From an uncultured Chthonomonadaceae bacterium (GTDB lineage Bacteria; Armatimonadota; Chthonomonadetes; Chthonomonadales; Chthonomonadaceae), in assembly GCA_963835065.1 (NCBI GenBank), contig CAWIEK010000063.1:32001-96000 (forward strand): a stretch of 64,000 bases of DNA, given 5' to 3'. A model generated the notes under the pieces. The model was not told the origin of the DNA. It ran no database searches and worked only from the letters and a program-made list of their open reading frames with translations. A program made the position numbers and the translations under genes. This document shows, piece by piece, positions 10,908 to 20,546 of the stretch; the stretch's first letter is position 1, and every line of letters starts with the position of its first letter.

Positions 10908-12281
10908 ATGATTGACAGGCGCGCGTTCTTGAAGCAGGCAAGCGCAAAGCCGTTGCTGCTTGCGCTGGGAATGACCACTCTGACGGATGCTCAGGCGAAC
11001 GCCAACGAGATGCCGCGCGTGGAGATTGTTGGAGATTGGCAGGTACAGGTTTCTCCCGGAACCATAACGCGCGGCAAGTCTCGCAGATGCCTTTCTCATA
11101 CGGTTCCCTTGACGATCTCACCGGCTACGCTCCTCAAGGTACTGGATGAGAAATATGACAGCCTCCCACTCTTCGACGCGAACGCTGCGCCGTGGGCCAG
11201 AGGCGCGAAGATGCGGCAGTTGACGACGTTTGAAACAACCGCCCCGGATTGTCTCGTTGCCGGAAGTCTGGTCTTGAAGTCCGCGCCAGGCATGGCAACG
11301 CCGTATGAGCAGAACAAAGATTATGATGTTGAGCCACGCTGGGCCACGTTGGGACGGGTGGCGGGCGGCATTGCGGAGGGCCAGCCCGTCTGGGCCGATT
11401 ATGCGTGTGGTTGGGGGCGCATAGATACGATTGCGGTCAGCCGAGAGGGGAAAGTCCGACTGATTCAGGGAACGCCGCACAACGCCACGCCTCATCCACC
11501 CGACCTGAACAAAAGCGAGTGGCCGCTGGCGAACCTCTGGATTGCGCCTCTTCTGTCGAAATTGACCGCAGAGTACCTCTACACGGTTGTGGAACCGACC
11601 TACCCCGAACCGAAGCGGCGACGAACGCCACCTGCCGCTGTGCTGCTGCCCAAAACCTGGGAGAAACTGCGTTCCGGCCAGCCGGTGCATATTCTCGCTT
11701 GGGGCGATAGCGTGACTGCGGGAGGACAGGCCAGCGACTCGGCGCACCAGTATCAGAGCCGGTTTGTCACCTTGTTGAAGACACTGTTTCCGAACGCTTC
11801 GATCCGGCTGACGACAGCAGGCTGGGGCGGACGCAACAGCGACAGCTTTCTCAAAGAGCCACCGGGTGCGGAGTTCAACTTCGACCGGGCGGTTCTCGAA
11901 CCGCACCCCGACCTGATCGTGATGGAGTTCGTCAATGACGCTTATATGTCGCCGTCCATTGTGGAGGAGAAGTATGTTTCGCTGCAAGCACAATTTACAC
12001 AGGCGGGAGCGGAGTGGGTGATCCTAACCCCGCATTTCGCACGCCCGGACTGGATGGGCGCGAACTCTGCGCGCGTGGAAGCCGACCCTCGCCCCTATGT
12101 TACCGGCCTACGGCAGTTTGCGGCGAAACACAGGGTCGCCCTGGCAGACGCCTCCCTGCGGTGGGGCCATCTGCTCAAAGAAGGCGTTCCTTACACAACC
12201 CTCCTCAGCAACAGCATCAACCACCCGGATGATCGAGGGCATGAACTTTTCGCGCAGGCGTTAATGGAGTTATTTCGATGA
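10908..12281 (+). CDS. SGNH/GDSL hydrolase, Tat-type signal
   Basis: DRRAFL leader; blocks GDSVT, GWGG, FVND and INHP. Confidence 0.85.
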   Translation: MIDRRAFLKQASAKPLLLALGMTTLTDAQANANEMPRVEIVGDWQVQVSPGTITRGKSRRCLSHTVPLTISPATLLKVLDEKYDSLPLFDANAAPWARGAKMRQLTTFETTAPDCLVAGSLVLKSAPGMATPYEQNKDYDVEPRWATLGRVAGGIAEGQPVWADYACGWGRIDTIAVSREGKVRLIQGTPHNATPHPPDLNKSEWPLANLWIAPLLSKLTAEYLYTVVEPTYPEPKRRRTPPAAVLLPKTWEKLRSGQPVHILAWGDSVTAGGQASDSAHQYQSRFVTLLKTLFPNASIRLTTAGWGGRNSDSFLKEPPGAEFNFDRAVLEPHPDLIVMEFVNDAYMSPSIVEEKYVSLQAQFTQAGAEWVILTPHFARPDWMGANSARVEADPRPYVTGLRQFAAKHRVALADASLRWGHLLKEGVPYTTLLSNSINHPDDRGHELFAQALMELFR

Positions 12282-12399
12282 ATAGAGCATCCCTCTTTGG
12301 CAATATGTTTGGCACACTGATGGCTCGGCGTGAGCGCGTCCACCCTGGAGTTCGTTGTAGCCTTCGCGCCCACCCGCTTTGCCCACCCTTTGCCTTCCG

Positions 12400-12720
12400 C
12401 TGTCCAGACTCAGTTCGCCTCCACCGCGATGTGGAAACGTTTCTGGAACAATGGGGCAGCCATTGATCTGTCGCAAAGCCAGGACCCGCGCTGGCGCGAA
12501 TTGGAGCGGCGGATCGTCCTTTCTCAGTATCTACCCGTATCCAATGCGCAGGCTCACTGCCGCCGCAGGAAACCGGGCTGACCTGTAACAGTTGGTTCGG
12601 TAAGTTTCACCTGGAGATGCACTGGTGGCATGCCGCGCATTTCGCGCTCTGGGGCCGCTAAGAACTTCTGGAGCGAAGCCTGCCCTTCTACCAGCGTATC
12701 CTGCCCGGTGACTCCGGCCA
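12400..12720 (+). pseudogene. Internal fragment of a GH65-like glycoside hydrolase
   Basis: Across frameshifts it reads WKRFWNNGAAIDLS..ELERRIVLSQYL..PPQETGLTCNSWFGKFHLEMHWWHAAHFALWGR. No start or end. Confidence 0.6.
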
Positions 12721-12830
12721 GTTGCGTACGCTGCCACGACAAAGAAAACAGCGAAGATTTCCACTATGAGACGTTTTGGCCCAAAATCGCCCATTGAACG
12801 ATGCTTGCGGGACCGTCAATGGCAAACCTG

Positions 12831-12914
12831 ATGATGAGCCTACGCGAACGGGTCAAAGCCAGGATTGCGCAGGCACACAAAGAGGGGAAGCCGCATGGAC
12901 GCCCACTCACATAA
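12831..12914 (+). pseudogene. Serine recombinase/resolvase remnant
   Basis: Translates LRERVKARIAQAHKEGKPHGRP, resembling the resolvase helix E / GRP linker. Confidence 0.5.
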
Positions 12915-13103
12915 GCTCTCACCAGAAAAGCCACATATGTGAGTGGCATGCTGATTCAGCGATGACTAACAATGTGGATATTATGAGTATCAGTTTAATT
13001 TTTCAAGCGTTGTGAAGCTCTCCGGCTTGCGGAAGAAACAACGAATTCTCCACCTCAAGTTCGAGGTCAGGTGGCTTGGAAACGGCAAAAGGAGAGTAAG
13101 GGA

Positions 13104-13205
13104 GGTATAATCAGATTAGGGACGGCAGTGGCGAAGGCCGCATGTCTTTGGATCAGCAGGTCACGGTACGCAAAAACGAAATTTTGGTGGTATCATCAGA
13201 TTAGG
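13104..13205 (+). repeat. 17-bp direct repeat pair GGTAT(A/C)ATCAGATTAGG
   Basis: Copies at 13104-13120 and 13189-13205, one mismatch. Confidence 0.8.
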
Positions 13206-13225
13206 AGCCATTACTACAACAATGG

Positions 13226-13272
13226 GCTGACTCTTAATCAGCCGGTTCCGGGTTCGATTCCCGGGCAACCCA
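13226..13272 (+). mobile_element. 3' half of tRNA-Lys(CTT); att-site-like fragment
   Basis: Anticodon arm GCTGA-CTCTTAA-TCAGC, T arm CCGGG-TTCGATT-CCCGG and acceptor 3' strand. No D arm or 5' acceptor strand upstream. Confidence 0.8.
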
Positions 13273-13378
13273 TTCTCCCCTTCACTTAGCGGTAAGAGTC
13301 ACCTGCTCTTACCCTCAATCAGAGCCGCGTCTCTACCCGTCTACGTCGCCACCAATAAGCACCACGAAAGGGCTTACT

Positions 13379-14211
13379 ATGCGACTGGACACGATCATCA
13401 AAGACTACCTGCAAGCGCTGCGCGTCGAACAGGGCGCGGCACTCACCACCCACCGGGGCTATCAGTCCCACCTTCACCACTTCCACGACTGGCTGACGGC
13501 AAACGGGTATGCCGAGCCGAGCCTTGCCGAATTCACGGTTCCCGTTTTGCGCCGCTTCCTGTACTACCTGAGCGGCAAGAGCCTGCGTCCGCGTACCATT
13601 CGCAGCTACTTTCAGCCGTTGAAGGGCATAGGCGAGTTTCTCATCAGCAACGGATTGGCAACCGAGAACGCGGCAAAGGGCGTCAACCTGCCCAAGAAAG
13701 ACGCCGCGATCCGCAAAACGGTTTCAGATGAAGAAATCCGCCTGCTGCTGGACGCCTGCACCCGCGAACGCAACGCCCGCAAAGCCGCCCTCAATTCCGC
13801 CGTGCTGCATGTGCTGGTCTACGGGGCGCTTCGGCGTTCGGAACTGTGCGATCTGCATGTAGACGACGTGGCGCTTCCCGCCCCGAAGGACAAAAAGAGT
13901 AAGGGCAGCGTTCTGGTACGTTGTGGAAAGGGCAGCAAGTCAAGGAAAATCTACCTCCCTGATGTGGCGGTAACAGCCTTGAAGGAATGGCTTGCCGTGC
14001 GTCCGAAGGGATGCCGACACGACTTTCTGTTCACCTTCGACGTTCGCCGCCGCTTGTGGCATACAAGCCTGCACACGCTTTTCGAGGATTTGAAAGCCGT
14101 TGCGGGGCTTGCGGGGCATGACAACGTGCAGCCGCATAGCATACGCCACTGGCGGGCCAGCCGACCTGCTACGGAGTGGCGCGAACATTCGGGACGTGCA
14201 GGCGTTCTTAG
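13379..14211 (+). pseudogene. Tyrosine recombinase/integrase, frameshifted and C-terminally truncated
   Basis: SAM-like N domain, GALRRSEL (R), GKGSKSR (K), HSIRH (HxxR). A +1 shift near 14161 gives DLLRSGANIRDVQAFL, then similarity stops before the GH...Y catalytic segment. Confidence 0.85.
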
Positions 14212-14271
14212 TATTCGTGTTTTAAACGTCAATTTCCTTTGTACTTGGAGACCGAATTTTACAAAAGTTAA

Positions 14272-14303
14272 AGAGGCTATTCAATGTACTTGAACAGCCT
14301 CCT
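14272..14303 (-). terminator. Intrinsic terminator of the sigma factor gene
   Basis: Hairpin GAGGCT.TTCAA/TTGAA.AGCCTC followed by a T-rich tract on the minus strand. Confidence 0.6.
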
Positions 14304-14329
14304 TATACTTCCTCAAAGCGCGTTGTTAT

Positions 14330-15436
14330 CTAGGACATGAGTTCGCGCATACGGCGGTTGCGGCCCCGCTTGCGCAGCTTGCCCAACGCCGAGGACTCGA
14401 TCTGGCGGACGCGCTCACGGGTCACTTCGAGGGCGCGGCCCACTTCTTCCAGTGTGCGCGGCTCGTCGCCATCCAAACCGTAGCGCAGCATGATGACGTC
14501 CTTTTCGCGCGGCGTCAGTTCGTCCAGCGCAATCATCAGTTCGTCGCGCAGGGCGCTCTTGGTGGCTTCCACAACCGGGTTATGCTCATCTTTGGCCGGA
14601 ATCAGGTCGGCCAGGCGGCTTTCGCCCTCCTCGCCAATCGGCATTTCAAGCGACAGCGGCTCAATCGCGCCTCGCATCAGGTCGCTGAGTTTTTCCTCCG
14701 TCATGGAAAGCGCCGTTGCCAGTTCCGAGCGCGTGGGCATTCGTCCCAACCGTTCGCGCAGCGTACTGCGCGTTTTGTTGATGCGCCCCAGCGTGTCCGT
14801 GACATGCACGGGCAGGCGAATCAAGCGGGCCTGATCCGCAATCGCGCGGCTGATAGAACGGCGAATCCACCAGATGGCATACGTGCTGAACCGATAGCCC
14901 TTGCGGTAGTTGAATCGCTCCACCGCCCGCATCAGGCCAATCGTGCCTTCCTGCATCAGGTCTTCAATGGGCATGCCGTGTCCCAGGTAGCGCCGGGCTA
15001 CAGACGCCACGAGGCGCAGGTTCGCCAGAATCAGCGTTTCTTTGGCGCGTTGTTCGTCCAGGTCGTTGTGGCGGGCGCGGGCGGTTTCAATGCCGCTTGC
15101 CAGCGCGATTTCCTGCTCGTGCGTGAGCAGCGAAACCTTGCCCGCCCGCCGCAGCCAGGCCTGGGTGCTTTCTTCCAGTTCGATGGCGGGTTCCAGCTCT
15201 TCCGCCGTCGGTTCCACATCGTCGGGAGCGACAGACCGTTCGGAACCCAGTCTCATTTCGGCAGCCTCCAGGCTGCCCATTTTTCTAATCAGCGTTTCCA
15301 TTGCTTCAGGATCGTTCAGGTCTTGGGTTCGATTCCGCGTTTCCGGCGAACCAATTATGTCATTGTCCGCTAAGAATCCTTGCCTCCGGCCTCGATCCCG
15401 CGGACGCGCTTGCGTCTCTTTTACTTGTGCGGGCAT
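14330..15436 (-). CDS. RNA polymerase sigma-70 factor, RpoD/SigA-like, without a recognisable region 1.1
   Basis: ANLRLVASVARRY, DLMQEG, GYRFSTYAIWWIR, ARLIRLPVH, TLEEVG..VTRERVRQIE. GGGAGGG RBS before MPAQV. Confidence 0.9.
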   Translation of the reverse strand: MPAQVKETQARPRDRGRRQGFLADNDIIGSPETRNRTQDLNDPEAMETLIRKMGSLEAAEMRLGSERSVAPDDVEPTAEELEPAIELEESTQAWLRRAGKVSLLTHEQEIALASGIETARARHNDLDEQRAKETLILANLRLVASVARRYLGHGMPIEDLMQEGTIGLMRAVERFNYRKGYRFSTYAIWWIRRSISRAIADQARLIRLPVHVTDTLGRINKTRSTLRERLGRMPTRSELATALSMTEEKLSDLMRGAIEPLSLEMPIGEEGESRLADLIPAKDEHNPVVEATKSALRDELMIALDELTPREKDVIMLRYGLDGDEPRTLEEVGRALEVTRERVRQIESSALGKLRKRGRNRRMRELMS

Positions 15437-16212
15437 CGCGCCCTCCCTTCTGTCATACACTGCTTTCATAAACTTCAATCATGCTAAACTTCAAACATTC
15501 CGAACATGCGCTTCCATTTTCGCGCCATTCGATCTTAATGGGCCGTTGCGGCAGCCGCTTGCCGCCACGCGATTCGGCTTAAATTCAATTGGGCAGAGGA
15601 AAAACTGCGCCCTGTCTCAAGATTGACAGGGCGCGGAACGAAAAGGTTTCAGGGGGTACTTGCCGGATGGTCGTGTCCGTGTTAAGCCGTGTTCCTGCTC
15701 CTTGTTCCGCGATTTCGATTGTTCTGGAGGGGGCGCAAACCCCACAATGCAAGGCTGTGTGTTTTGTTTACGCGCCGCAGGCGACAATGTTTGCACTGTC
15801 CGCCCTGCTGCGCGGTATTTTGAACCGCACCGTTTTCACAATGGTATACACAGTCGCGCATTGCCGTCTCCGTGATTCTTGTGCCCGTGTCTTCAGTCCG
15901 CCGGTTCCGTTTGCGTGGTTCCGGCCTGTTGTTTCCGCGTCGGCGCTTTGCCTGCGGGAAGCAGAGAGTACCTACTTCGCAGTCCATGCCTGCGATTCCT
16001 GCAAGGCTGGAAATTTGTTGGATTCTTTTTTCATCCAACTACAGATTGTTGCCACATCCGCTGTGTTTTCTCTATCGTTTTTCAGCCTGCCCGCTGATAA
16101 ACACAACGATAAACACCGGGAGAAACACGCTTTTGCCGCTTCCATTGCAGGAATACGGCAAATCGTTCAGGATGCTGCACAAGGCCAACTCGAAACTTTC
16201 CTGTTGAAGTTT

Positions 16213-16998
16213 TCAGGGCTGATGCAGCGCGAACCAATCATCGGCGGGATTTTGTCCCGTGTAAAAGCCGCCGGGACGAAACCATTTTACGTGTCCGTCC
16301 AGCAGGCCAACCACGACGCCGGACGTATGCCGCGCTTCCGGGCGGCCCCAATAATCGGCATCCGGCTGCGAGGGCGGCAGCATGTACGCGCTGAGGTGGT
16401 TGGCAGGCTGCTTGCCGTTTAGGCCTGTGTTATCGCCCATCAGAACCAGATGCGCGGGCTGCGCGGCTTCCGCCAAACTCACGCCGGGCGCATTGTTGAT
16501 CGTGTAGATGTTATTCACATCTATGGGCTTGCCCGCATCTATGCCGTTGCGGTTCAGGTAATAGGCGTTCCAGCCGTAATGACAAACCGGCTTGCCGTAA
16601 ATGTCCTTGATGGGAGCCGCCGCGCTCGGACAAATCCATACCTGCTTGTTCTTCACATACGGATCAACCAGGTCGTGCCAGTTCAGAAAGCCCGTCGGGG
16701 TTGCGGTTGCGGCCAGTGGCAGCGCCTCGTCCACATCCTGCGCGTACATCTGCACCGCCAATCCCATCTGCCGCATATTCGATAAACAGCTTGTCTGCCG
16801 CGCCTTTTCCCGCGCCTGCGCAAAGACCGGAAACAATATCGCCGCCAAAATGGAGATGATAGCGATAACGACGAGCAATTCGATCAAGGTAAAGGCGGTA
16901 TTCAGGTATTGGGCATTGCGTGTGCTTTTCCCTTTTCCCTTTTCCCTTTTTCCTGTACCCAGAATGTTTATTCTAACATACTTTCGGTAGTTTGTCAT
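16213..16998 (-). CDS. Prepilin-type N-terminal methylation / DUF1559 protein with H-X9-DG tail
   Basis: [40 protein letters not shown] and [17 protein letters not shown]. Confidence 0.9.
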   Translation of the reverse strand: MTNYRKYVRINILGTGKREKGKGKSTRNAQYLNTAFTLIELLVVIAIISILAAILFPVFAQAREKARQTSCLSNMRQMGLAVQMYAQDVDEALPLAATATPTGFLNWHDLVDPYVKNKQVWICPSAAAPIKDIYGKPVCHYGWNAYYLNRNGIDAGKPIDVNNIYTINNAPGVSLAEAAQPAHLVLMGDNTGLNGKQPANHLSAYMLPPSQPDADYWGRPEARHTSGVVVGLLDGHVKWFRPGGFYTGQNPADDWFALHQP

Positions 16999-17150
16999 GC
17001 GCGGTGCAGAGAAATTTTCAGTTCCGCCCTTTCCGTTCGCAATGTTTGCTATGGGACATCCATACCCTTGCTCTTCAAGACGCCAACATTCTCCCTATAT
17101 TCCGTCTTCCTCTCTATTATACGCGCTCCAGCCCCTTATCTGCGCCCAAT

Positions 17151-17268
17151 TTAGGTTTTTAGGGTTTTAGGTTTTTAGGTTTTTAGGGTATTCAGGTGTT
17201 CAGGTATTCGGTGTTCAGGTATTCGGCTTCTGCCTAATATCTAATATCTAATGCCTAATGCCTAACAT
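17151..17268. repeat. Intergenic cluster of 7-9 nt tandem repeats
   Basis: Runs of TTTTAGG, GGTGTTCAG/GGTATTC and CTAATAT/CTAATGC. Confidence 0.8.
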
Positions 17269-17276
17269 CTTCCTCC

Positions 17277-19982
17277 CTACTCGAACAACTCCCCGGTCAG
17301 ACGCGCCCATTGGATGCGGGTGATGTTGAAAGTCATTTGTTCGTTGGTTAGGCGGTCATAAGCCGCCAGGATTTGGCCCATGATGCGCCCCGGCTCGATT
17401 TCACGCCGGATAAGACCGGGCTTGCCCGTTTCCAGATACTCGATTTCTACGACGGTATGGGTTTTACTGGCCTGCATCAGCAGCGTTTTAATCAGCGTTT
17501 GGTTGCGCACGACATTGCTGACGGTTCCGCCGCCGGCAGGGGTCGCGCCTGGTGTTACGCTTGGCGTTTGCGTTTGCCAGGATTTGCCGTCTTCCTGCGC
17601 GATGCGATCCCAATCCAGCGTAGCGTCCACTTTGGCGGCGTACTTGGCCTTCTTTGCATCCACTTCAATGGGGATGGGAACCACAGGGGGCGCGTTTTTG
17701 GTTTTAAGGCTCAGAGTGGACTGCGGCTTATCATCGTCGGATACGGGCAGATACCCGGCCTTGCGCAGTTCGCGCAGGAGTTTGTCGGGATCGTCGGCCT
17801 TCAAGATCGCAACCGTATCGCTCAAACTGCGAACGAAATAGGGCTTCAATTCCCGCCGCGCTTCCAGTTCCTTGAGCAGCAGGGGCGTGTCTACCTGCAC
17901 ATACATTTGCGCCTTGCCGATGTGAATATGGCCGTGCTTGCCGCCCACATCATTAATAAGGTACTCGACGTTTTGCGGAATTCCCGTGCGGGCATGCCCC
18001 TGCAAAAACGCCAGCACGTCGCGGGTTTGCTCACCTTGATCCAAACAGCGCCGGATGCTGTCGCGCGTCAGGCTGACCGTGTTGCCCGTGCCACCCTTCG
18101 CCGGCGGCTCCGTCATGGCAAGCAGATGGTACAGCGTGGACGGTTCCAGATACGGCGACAGGAATATCTCGCCACTCGCCTGAACAATAAACTGATCCTC
18201 GCGCGGGTCCGGGGCGGGGGCGGGAGCGCCCATCACGCCCAACAGGAACCGTCCCATCGGCGTCAGGCGATACCCCGCCGCGTCCGGCAGCGTCGGTTTC
18301 TGCGCGGCAGCCCCGCGCAGGGAAGTTGAGGGTTGAGAAATTTCCGATTGACGATTGACGATTGACGATTGAGTGTCTGCCATCTTCTCTTCAGCGAGTT
18401 CGACCAGTCCTAACCAGTACAGGCACTCGCCGACCAGCAGGCGGATGAAGGCGGTGGGCGAGGAGACCAAATCGGATCCCATTGCCGCGCTGTGCGCCAG
18501 CAGCAAGGGGTACTGAAAGGTCAGCGTGTCGGAAATGGAATCCAGAGCGTAAAAGACTTCTTCGTTAGAAGAAGCATTAGAAGAAACGCTGTTGGCTGAA
18601 TTAGCGTTGGCAGAAGCATTGTCGGAAGAGCCAGTATTGGAAGAAGCGCTGTCTGATATATTGCTTTGCGGCGTGGGTTTGACGATCACGCTCAGGGCGG
18701 ATTGGCGCAGGCGCTGTATCGCTTCCTGCGAACGGTAATCGTTGGCTTTGTGGAGCGGGTCATTGTACATTTCGCTCCACAGCATGCCCTTGCGCCAGGC
18801 GTCCGTGAGCGCGCGGGTTTGCGCCAGGCTGTCCCAGGCCAGCCAGGAATTGCCTGCCGGGGTGATGGTATACACCTGTTTTTCGCCCTGCACGGCGATC
18901 AGGCCCGCTTCGCGGCACACGGCGTACAGAAAACTGGCGTAACGCTCTTCGGGAACGCTCAGGGTGCGCGCGAGGTTCTTCAGGCTGGTTTTGTGGATGT
19001 GTCCCGTGTTGGTGCGAACCGCGTCCTGCGCGCTGACATAGCCGAGCAGGGCGACCACGTCGCGCAGCAGGCCGGGATGCCGCGAAGTGCGTTCCGGCGA
19101 GGCGGGCAGGGGAACCGGCGCGGGAACCGGCCCTGTCCAGAAGTTTTGGTCGCCGCCCCCGCTCAGGGCGCGCAGCAGGTCGCCGGGAATCACCAGAAAC
19201 AGATTGTAGCCGTACCCGTAAGCGACGACGTGCAGAATACCGCGCGCTAAAAGGGTGTCAATGGCGTTGCGCTCGTTGCCCATTTTCCAGCGGTTTTGCC
19301 AGTCGTAGCGAAAGAAATCTTCTGTTCGCCCTTTCAGCGCCGTTGTCGCCACTTCCAGAGCGGTCGCGTCGCCATTCGACTGTACCATGAATTCCAGCAC
19401 GGCCACTTCGTCTTCCGTGAGCGGATTTTTGAAGGACATGGTACGCGCATGTTCCATTAAATAGGATTTAATAGCCCGCACGTTGAGAGGCTTGGTTTCC
19501 TGCGGCAATCCCAGCGTGGCGCAAATGCGCTTCAGGCTCTGGGCGTCGTACTGATCCAGGCAGCGTTCCAGCGTATACCGATCCGAAAGCGACGCGGGAA
19601 TGTAGGAGCGGGCGGCGTCCGGCAGCAACGCCTGAGCGCCCACCCGAAAGGCCAATCCGAGTTCTTCGAGACGACTGAGCGTGGCGCTGACCGCCAACTC
19701 CACGCTCTGCCCGCCCGCCATTTCCAGCAGCTTATCCCACGCCATCGCCTGCCCGATTTCCGTAATCATCAGCAATTGCAGCAGGCGCAGTTCGCGCGCG
19801 TTGCACTGCGTAATGGCATCCGAAAGGGACGTGGGCTTGTTGAGTTCGGCGCTGAGGAACTGCGCCAGTTGGCGTTTGTTGGGAATCAGCGCCAGTTTCT
19901 TCGCGTCCATGCGCCGCGCCTGCACCAGTTTGCGCAAAGTTTCCGTCGGCAGGTTGTAAAGCGCTTCCACCAAAGAGGGCAT
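17277..19982 (-). CDS. Helicase-associated (XPB N-terminal-like, Helicase_C_3) domain protein with C-terminal WYL-like domain
   Basis: FIVQASGEI..LTRDSIRRCLDQG..LAFLQGHARTGIPQNVEYLI. C-terminus VEIEY..RREIEP..LAAYD..TFNITRI. Confidence 0.7.
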   Translation of the reverse strand: MPSLVEALYNLPTETLRKLVQARRMDAKKLALIPNKRQLAQFLSAELNKPTSLSDAITQCNARELRLLQLLMITEIGQAMAWDKLLEMAGGQSVELAVSATLSRLEELGLAFRVGAQALLPDAARSYIPASLSDRYTLERCLDQYDAQSLKRICATLGLPQETKPLNVRAIKSYLMEHARTMSFKNPLTEDEVAVLEFMVQSNGDATALEVATTALKGRTEDFFRYDWQNRWKMGNERNAIDTLLARGILHVVAYGYGYNLFLVIPGDLLRALSGGGDQNFWTGPVPAPVPLPASPERTSRHPGLLRDVVALLGYVSAQDAVRTNTGHIHKTSLKNLARTLSVPEERYASFLYAVCREAGLIAVQGEKQVYTITPAGNSWLAWDSLAQTRALTDAWRKGMLWSEMYNDPLHKANDYRSQEAIQRLRQSALSVIVKPTPQSNISDSASSNTGSSDNASANANSANSVSSNASSNEEVFYALDSISDTLTFQYPLLLAHSAAMGSDLVSSPTAFIRLLVGECLYWLGLVELAEEKMADTQSSIVNRQSEISQPSTSLRGAAAQKPTLPDAAGYRLTPMGRFLLGVMGAPAPAPDPREDQFIVQASGEIFLSPYLEPSTLYHLLAMTEPPAKGGTGNTVSLTRDSIRRCLDQGEQTRDVLAFLQGHARTGIPQNVEYLINDVGGKHGHIHIGKAQMYVQVDTPLLLKELEARRELKPYFVRSLSDTVAILKADDPDKLLRELRKAGYLPVSDDDKPQSTLSLKTKNAPPVVPIPIEVDAKKAKYAAKVDATLDWDRIAQEDGKSWQTQTPSVTPGATPAGGGTVSNVVRNQTLIKTLLMQASKTHTVVEIEYLETGKPGLIRREIEPGRIMGQILAAYDRLTNEQMTFNITRIQWARLTGELFE

Positions 19983-20309
19983 TATGATACATTCCTAAAC
20001 TGCGAAATTTGATCTTTTGGAATCTAAGCAAAAGAAAAGGCAAGAGATATTGTAGCATATACGGGCTTGAACAGGGCGCAAATTAATCGGGGCGTTAGGG
20101 TAAGCGCATCTTAATCTCATTCTAGCGAACACGCAATTCACCGATGAGATAGGAAAAATACATCGCGCGCCGGCCCTGACCAACCCGCAACCTCCTTGAC
20201 CTCGGTGCGATTCTCTAGTATAATGGAATGTTGCCTGCCACTCAGGTAGACATTGCTGTACTTGCTTGTTTGAGTTTACGTTTTAGATTTATGTTTGAAG
20301 TGACGACCT

Positions 20310-20546
20310 ATGACACAGCGAATTCACGTCGTAGTCGGGATGCGGGTCAAACTGCGCAAGCCGCACCCATGCGGCAGCGAGGAATGGACGGTCACGCGAA
20401 CCGGAGCCGATGTGGGTCTCGCGTGCGCGGGATGTGGCCGGCGCGTCATGCTGGAACGCGAAGAATTCGAGCGGCGAGTGAAGCAGATTGTACAAGACGG
20501 TTTGTTGCCGGACGCGAAAGTGACGCCCGACAAACCCGTGGAATAA
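20310..20546 (+). CDS. DUF951 family protein
   Basis: LRKPHPCGSEEW..R.GAD..L.C.GCGRRVML.R.EFERRVK. Confidence 0.9.
   Translation: MTQRIHVVVGMRVKLRKPHPCGSEEWTVTRTGADVGLACAGCGRRVMLEREEFERRVKQIVQDGLLPDAKVTPDKPVE

Noticed and set aside
13190..13272. Intact or intron-split tRNA-Lys
   Set aside because: No D arm or complementary 5' acceptor strand nearby, and the anticodon loop is uninterrupted.
15870..15960. c-di-GMP-I-like words (GGCAAA..GAAA..ACGCAAA) on the minus strand upstream of the sigma factor
   Set aside because: The stems flanking the GAAA do not pair.
15589..16422. 277-aa ORF between the sigma factor and DUF1559 genes
   Set aside because: Atypical composition, overlaps the DUF1559 gene, no RBS; more likely a long regulatory region.
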